A DNA stretch of 63,845 nucleotides from Actinomycetota bacterium. GTDB taxonomy: Bacteria > Actinomycetota > Actinomycetes > Actinomycetales > Microbacteriaceae. Positions 59,446 through 63,845 of the stretch are shown here, one piece after another. Both the position numbers and the translations under genes were made by a program. The stretch covers positions 1 to 63,845 of the forward strand of contig JBDLUE010000001.1 in assembly GCA_039805505.1 (NCBI GenBank), written 5' to 3'. The first letter of the stretch is position 1, and the number at the start of each line of letters is the position of its first letter. Under the pieces are notes generated by a model, which ran no database searches, had not been told where the DNA came from, and was given only the letters and a program-made list of their open reading frames with translations.

Positions 59446-60684
59446 TTGTCTCACAAAATCGTTGTCACCGGAGTAGGCGCAACCACGCCTCTCGGTGGCG
59501 ACGTGCAATCAACTTGGCGTGCTCTCCTAGCCGGTGAATCTGGCATTTCAACGATTGATGCCGAATGGGTGGCAAAATACGAGCTACCCGTCACCTTCGC
59601 CGGTCAAGCCAAGGTGCCTGCCTCTGAGGTGCTTACCCCTCAGGAAGCAAAGCGACTAGATCCTTCCAGTCAGTTCGCACTCATCGCAGCTCGCGAAGCT
59701 TGGGCTGATGCCGGTTCACCAGAAGTACAGCCGGAACGTCTTGCAGTCGAATACGCCACCGGCATCGGCGGCGTATGGACCCTCCTAGACGCATTTGAAA
59801 CTTTGAAGGAGCGTGGCCCACGTCGCGTCCTTCCCATGACCATCCCGATGTTGATGCCCAATGGCCCAGCAGCGGCAATCGGCATGGACATTGCCGCTCG
59901 CGGTGGCGTGCGCACCGCCGTTTCGGCCTGTGCATCGAGCACCGAGGCAATAGCCAACGCAATCACCCGCCTTCAAAGCGGCGAGATTGATGTAGTGGTT
60001 GCCGGTGGTTGCGAGTCGGGCATTCACCCGCTTCCAATCGCCGCATTCGCAGCGATGCACGCTCTATCTCGAAACAACGAGAACCCAGCAGCTGCTTCGC
60101 GGCCTTATGACGTGGCGCGCGACGGTTTTGTTATGGGCGAGGGAGCCGGCGCTATGGTTCTCGAAACCGAAGAGCACGCACTTGCTCGCGGCGCCAAAAT
60201 CTACGCGGAACTAGTCGGTGGCTCAGTCACATCTGACGCCCACCACATCACAGCTCCAGACCCTGAGGGCACGGGAGCCGCGCGAGCAGTTTTGGCTGCA
60301 TTGAAGCAGGCAAACGCCAAGGTTGAAGACGTTGTCCACATCAATGCCCATGCAACAAGCACACCAGTCGGTGACATCGCAGAGTACACAGCGCTACGCC
60401 GTGTGTTTGGCGATCACCTGGACAAGATTGCTATTTCTGCAACCAAGTCGTCAACTGGTCACCTGCTAGGCGGCGCGGGAGCCATCGAAGCTATCTTCAC
60501 TGTGCTGGCACTTCACGAGCGCACTGCCCCGCCGACAATCAACCTTGAGAACCAGGACCCGGCGATTCCATTAGACGTGGTCGTCACTCCTCGCAAGTTG
60601 CCTGACGGGCCAATCCTGGCGATCAGTAACTCGTTCGGTTTCGGTGGACACAACGCCGTGGTCGCTTTCCGTAGCTACAACTAG
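59446..60684 (+). CDS. fabF: Beta-ketoacyl-ACP synthase II
   Basis: SACAS, RDGFVMGEG, NAHATST, KSSTGHLLG and SNSFGFGGHN. Confidence 0.95.
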   Translation: MSHKIVVTGVGATTPLGGDVQSTWRALLAGESGISTIDAEWVAKYELPVTFAGQAKVPASEVLTPQEAKRLDPSSQFALIAAREAWADAGSPEVQPERLAVEYATGIGGVWTLLDAFETLKERGPRRVLPMTIPMLMPNGPAAAIGMDIAARGGVRTAVSACASSTEAIANAITRLQSGEIDVVVAGGCESGIHPLPIAAFAAMHALSRNNENPAAASRPYDVARDGFVMGEGAGAMVLETEEHALARGAKIYAELVGGSVTSDAHHITAPDPEGTGAARAVLAALKQANAKVEDVVHINAHATSTPVGDIAEYTALRRVFGDHLDKIAISATKSSTGHLLGGAGAIEAIFTVLALHERTAPPTINLENQDPAIPLDVVVTPRKLPDGPILAISNSFGFGGHNAVVAFRSYN

Positions 60685-60688
60685 TCAA

Positions 60689-61288
60689 TTGGGCAAGCTT
60701 TACTTTCGCCACGGAGCGATGAACTCCGGCAAAAGCACCGCCCTGTTGCAGGCCGCTCACAACTATGAAGAACGCCATCAGGTAGTTCTTCTGGCAAAGC
60801 CTGCAGTAGACACAAAGGGAGCTCGGGCAATCACCAGCCGTCTGGGAGTCGATCGAGAAGTCGATTTTCTGATTACGCCAGACTTGAACCTTCGCACCGA
60901 GTTCGCAAGGCTTTGCGCCGAGAAAGTAGCAGAAACCGGCAAGAACGTTTCCTGCCTTCTAATTGACGAGGCACAGTTTCTAACCAGTGATCAAGTTGAC
61001 CAAGCCCTTGAAATCGCAGTGCTCGATGGGATTCCGGTTCTCGCCTACGGGATCCGAACCGACTTCCTCACGCATGGTTTTCCTGGCAGCCTGCGACTTC
61101 TAGAGATCGCACACTCCCTTGAGGAACTAAAAACCATCTGCCGTTGCGGCCGTAAGGCGATGTTCAACGCACGCCTGATTGATGGGCGGTTTGTCTTTGA
61201 CGGAGAACAGGTGGCGATTGATGGTGCCGAGGTGACCTATGAGTCACTGTGCCCTGCCTGCTATTTCGTCGAAAAAGAAATCGACTAG
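60689..61288 (+). CDS. tdk: Thymidine kinase
   Basis: GAMNSGKST, IDEAQF, YGIRTDF, ICRCG and YESLCPAC. Start set at TTG 60689. Confidence 0.94.
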   Translation: MGKLYFRHGAMNSGKSTALLQAAHNYEERHQVVLLAKPAVDTKGARAITSRLGVDREVDFLITPDLNLRTEFARLCAEKVAETGKNVSCLLIDEAQFLTSDQVDQALEIAVLDGIPVLAYGIRTDFLTHGFPGSLRLLEIAHSLEELKTICRCGRKAMFNARLIDGRFVFDGEQVAIDGAEVTYESLCPACYFVEKEID

Positions 61289-61292
61289 CATC

Positions 61293-62864
61293 ATGAGGAT
61301 CCGGTACTCAAACGCACTGCTGTGGCGAGGGCTGGAAGACTCCCCCAAGCTCCAAAATTTCGATGTAGTTGACGGCATCGTGGCGGCTGCTGACAAGAAG
61401 ACAGATGCAGAACTGACCGTAGATCTAAACTCGGCGTTCGTGATGCCTGCGTTTAGAGACGGACACTGCCATCCGCTCTTTGCCGGGCGAGAGCACACCG
61501 GCCCAGATGTCACCAATGCCGCCTCCCTAATTGAAATTCAATCCATAATTGCGGGCTACGCCGAAAAACACCCCGAAGTCATCTGGATAGATGGTGCAGC
61601 TTACGACCGAAGCATCGACGCCAAGTTTCATCGGTCCGAGCTTGATGCGGTTGTCTCGGACAGGCCGGTGGTCATTCACGGAGCCGACCACCACACCCTT
61701 TGGGTGAACACCAAGGCTCTTGAGCTTGCCGGGCTCCTGGAGAGCATTCCGACCGTTTCAGCAGGGTCGGTTGATGTCGATAGTGCCGGATCGCCGACCG
61801 GTGTCCTGCGCGAATGGGAGGCAATGCAACTGGTCATGAGCCGCATCCCTGCACTAACAATGGAGCAGGAACTCGATTCTCTCGAGTGGGCACATGACCG
61901 CCTTCTCAAAGACGGCGTTGTCGAGGTTCAAGACGCTTGGATTGACCCTGGAATGACCGAGGTGTACCTCGAATCTGCCCGAAGGAATCGCCTCAAGGTC
62001 ACGACTAATTTGGCCTTCAGAGCTGATCCTGCATCTTGGCTGAATGACTTCGAATACTTCGACCGAATGCGTGACGAAGTGAATGCTCTAGCTCATCCCG
62101 CGCTCTCGGCCAACGCCATCAAGTTCTTCGTGGACGGGGTTTTGGGCAGCAGCACGGCTAGCGTTGTCGAACCCTATGTTGACGGACCAGCCGCTTACAC
62201 TCATGGCGAACAGGTATGGGCCTACCAAGAGCTTCTCGAGGCCTCGACGTCGGCCACCGCACGGGGCTATCAACTTCACATGCACGCCATCGGGGACGCC
62301 GCTGTTCGAACTGCCCTTGATGTCGTCGAGACGGTGAAACCAGCCATCCCGGCAGTGATTGCCCACAGCGAGCTTGTAGCCGACGCTGATCTACCTAGAT
62401 TTGCTGAACTGAATGTGACAGCCAATCTCCAACCGCTCTGGGCTCGCGAAGATGGGCAACTTTTGACTTGCGTGCCTCAGGTTGGGCGACAGCGTCTCGA
62501 CAAGATGTATCGAATGCGAGACTTGCTGACCGCGGGAACTCGACTAGCCTTCGGAAGCGACTGGCCGGTTTCGAGCCCGGATGCGCTTCTTGGCGTGGCT
62601 ACGGCTGTGAACCGGTCTTTACCCGGCGGCCCTTCCTGGACTAAGCATCAGGCAGTGACAGCAGCCGAGGCTTTGATCAGCTATACATCGGCCGTCGTGG
62701 AACAACTGGCTCATACCCAGCGAAACGGCACCTTGGATGAAGGGCAACCTGCGGAATTCGTGGTGCTCAGCTCCAACCCTTTCGAACTGGCGGAACCAGC
62801 GCTCTTTGAACTTCGCGTGACGGCAACCAGCACACCGGCAAATCCGTTAACCCAAATGCACTAA
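61293..62864 (+). CDS. Metal-dependent amidohydrolase (Amidohydro_3, YtcJ/NfdA-like)
   Basis: PAFRDGHCH, HTLWVN..AL, PTGVLRE, KFFVDG, HAIGD and FGSDWPV. Start ATG 61293. Confidence 0.88.
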   Translation: MRIRYSNALLWRGLEDSPKLQNFDVVDGIVAAADKKTDAELTVDLNSAFVMPAFRDGHCHPLFAGREHTGPDVTNAASLIEIQSIIAGYAEKHPEVIWIDGAAYDRSIDAKFHRSELDAVVSDRPVVIHGADHHTLWVNTKALELAGLLESIPTVSAGSVDVDSAGSPTGVLREWEAMQLVMSRIPALTMEQELDSLEWAHDRLLKDGVVEVQDAWIDPGMTEVYLESARRNRLKVTTNLAFRADPASWLNDFEYFDRMRDEVNALAHPALSANAIKFFVDGVLGSSTASVVEPYVDGPAAYTHGEQVWAYQELLEASTSATARGYQLHMHAIGDAAVRTALDVVETVKPAIPAVIAHSELVADADLPRFAELNVTANLQPLWAREDGQLLTCVPQVGRQRLDKMYRMRDLLTAGTRLAFGSDWPVSSPDALLGVATAVNRSLPGGPSWTKHQAVTAAEALISYTSAVVEQLAHTQRNGTLDEGQPAEFVVLSSNPFELAEPALFELRVTATSTPANPLTQMH

Positions 62865-62889
62865 ACAGTTCCACTCTGGTTAGGGTGAC
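62846..62889 (+). promoter_or_regulatory. Possible PHO-box-like 11-nt repeats plus -10 element upstream of the phoX-like gene
   Basis: GTTAACC (62846), GTTCCAC (62868) and GTTAGGG (62879) are in 11-nt register; TAGGGT lies at 62881. Degenerate relative to the actinobacterial GTTCACC unit. Confidence 0.3.
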
Positions 62890-62963
62890 TAAGAGATTCC
62901 CTTAATCTTCGTTTTCTCTAATGAAGGCATCGGCAGAACGCCGATCAAACACGGAGGAAACGA

Positions 62964-63845
62964 ATGAAGACTCGTTCAAAGGCAGCTTGTGCAGTTGCCG
63001 CTGTAGCACTCATTGCAACAACATCCCTGCCAGCATTTGCGGCAGATGCACCCGTTTACGTTCAGGCGGTAGCCCCGGGCGCATCACTACAGGTTCTTGC
63101 CACCGCCGGTGACGTGCTCAATGGCTACCAGATCGCAGGCATCCCAGACGGCACCGGTGCATTCAAGTCAGGTAACTCAGTCAAGATCCTGATGAACCAC
63201 GAAATTGGTTACAGCACTACTTCAGCTAGCATGGCCCGTGCAGGTGGCGACGCAACCGGCGCAACTGTTACCGAGTTCACTATGAACCCGGCAACTCAGA
63301 AGTTGACCAATGCTCGCGAATTCCTCACCTCAGCCCTTTTCTACAACTACTCGACTAAGACTTTCTCAGCAAGCGCATCTGCACCTGCAGGTGCGACAGA
63401 GAAGGACTCTTACGGAACTCCCCAGCACACCAAGTTCCTAAACCGATTCTGCTCTGCGTCGCTTGCCCCTGCAGGCCGATTCTCATACGTAGACCCTAAG
63501 ACCAAGAAGGCCTACGGAATCAAGGATGCAGTCTTCCTAACTGGCGAAGAGGGCGGTGACGAAAGCCGTGGATTCGTGGTAAACGCTGCTGGTCAGCTCG
63601 CGCAGATCCCTGGTCTAGGGCTTGCGTCATGGGAAACTTTCGTTGCTGCTCCAACTGGAACGAAGACAACTGCGCTGTTCGGTAACGAGGATGGCTCAGC
63701 CACTGATTCACAGCTATGGCTATACCAGGGCACGAAGACCAACACAGGCGCTTGGTACCAGCGCGCCGGCCTGACCAACGGAAAGACCTACGTAATGAAC
63801 ATCGGCGGGTTCAAGACCGAAGCCGAATTCCGTTCACAGGTGGGC
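62964..63845 (+). CDS. Secreted PhoX-like (DUF839) alkaline phosphatase, 5' part (runs off the window; absent from the ORF track)
   Basis: My translation: SD GGAGG, MKTRSKAACAVAAVALIATTSLPAFA-ADAP signal peptide, then GIPDGTGA, MNHE, RFCSA, LTGEE, ASWET, NED and AGLTNG. Open to the end of the window. Confidence 0.75.
   Translation, partial: MKTRSKAACAVAAVALIATTSLPAFAADAPVYVQAVAPGASLQVLATAGDVLNGYQIAGIPDGTGAFKSGNSVKILMNHEIGYSTTSASMARAGGDATGATVTEFTMNPATQKLTNAREFLTSALFYNYSTKTFSASASAPAGATEKDSYGTPQHTKFLNRFCSASLAPAGRFSYVDPKTKKAYGIKDAVFLTGEEGGDESRGFVVNAAGQLAQIPGLGLASWETFVAAPTGTKTTALFGNEDGSATDSQLWLYQGTKTNTGAWYQRAGLTNGKTYVMNIGGFKTEAEFRSQVG

Noticed and set aside
62921-63778. ORF-track entries 62921..63112, 63520..63711 and 63593..63778
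   Set aside because: Off-frame or antisense to the real, window-truncated phoX-like CDS that starts at 62964.
1-63845. Mobile elements, prophage, defence systems, riboswitches, programmed frameshifts or stop read-through
   Set aside because: None recognised by eye: nearly all bases are explained by intact core genes and intergenic gaps are short. An Rfam/Infernal scan would be needed to exclude small RNAs formally.

Overview
A 63.8-kb, very tightly packed core-genome segment of an actinobacterium. Gene order and protein sequences point to Microbacteriaceae, most likely a streamlined freshwater Rhodoluna/Aquiluna-like lineage (inference; GC looks mid-50s % by eye, not computed). Contents in order: 3' part of mqo, tRNA-Val/Cys/Gly cluster, two tandem ammonium transporters under a GlnR box, zapE, sseA-sufE-RibD-like-DUF3000-rnd, dxs, acnA, DUF3159/DUF3710/dut, DUF3093/DUF4193/sepH, topoisomerase IV A and B, gatD-murT-sigA, pepA-lpdA-dlaT, lipBA, glnA/glnE/glnA2/nadE, panB, map, ppgK, RNase P RNA, RNase H/zinc-ribbon/Nif3/permease, tRNA-Val, peroxiredoxin, aceE-fasR-fabD-fabH-acpP-fabF, tdk, an amidohydrolase, and the 5' part of a secreted PhoX-like phosphatase that the ORF track missed. 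I see no mobile element, prophage, CRISPR array or defence island. The best candidate for something undescribed lies inside housekeeping-looking genes: a MurT/GatD pair that has lost two of the three glutaminase catalytic residues (GatD Cys->Ser, MurT Asp->Thr) while MurT keeps its ATP-ligase motifs. This may be a repurposed ligase that builds the group-B peptidoglycan bridge on the D-Glu alpha-carboxyl (hypothesis). Other notable points: an Amt paralogue with the twin-His motif changed to Glu-His, a primary sigma factor with a MinD-like amphipathic N-terminal motif and a 5'-leader hairpin, and pervasive leaderless or bidirectional promoter architecture.
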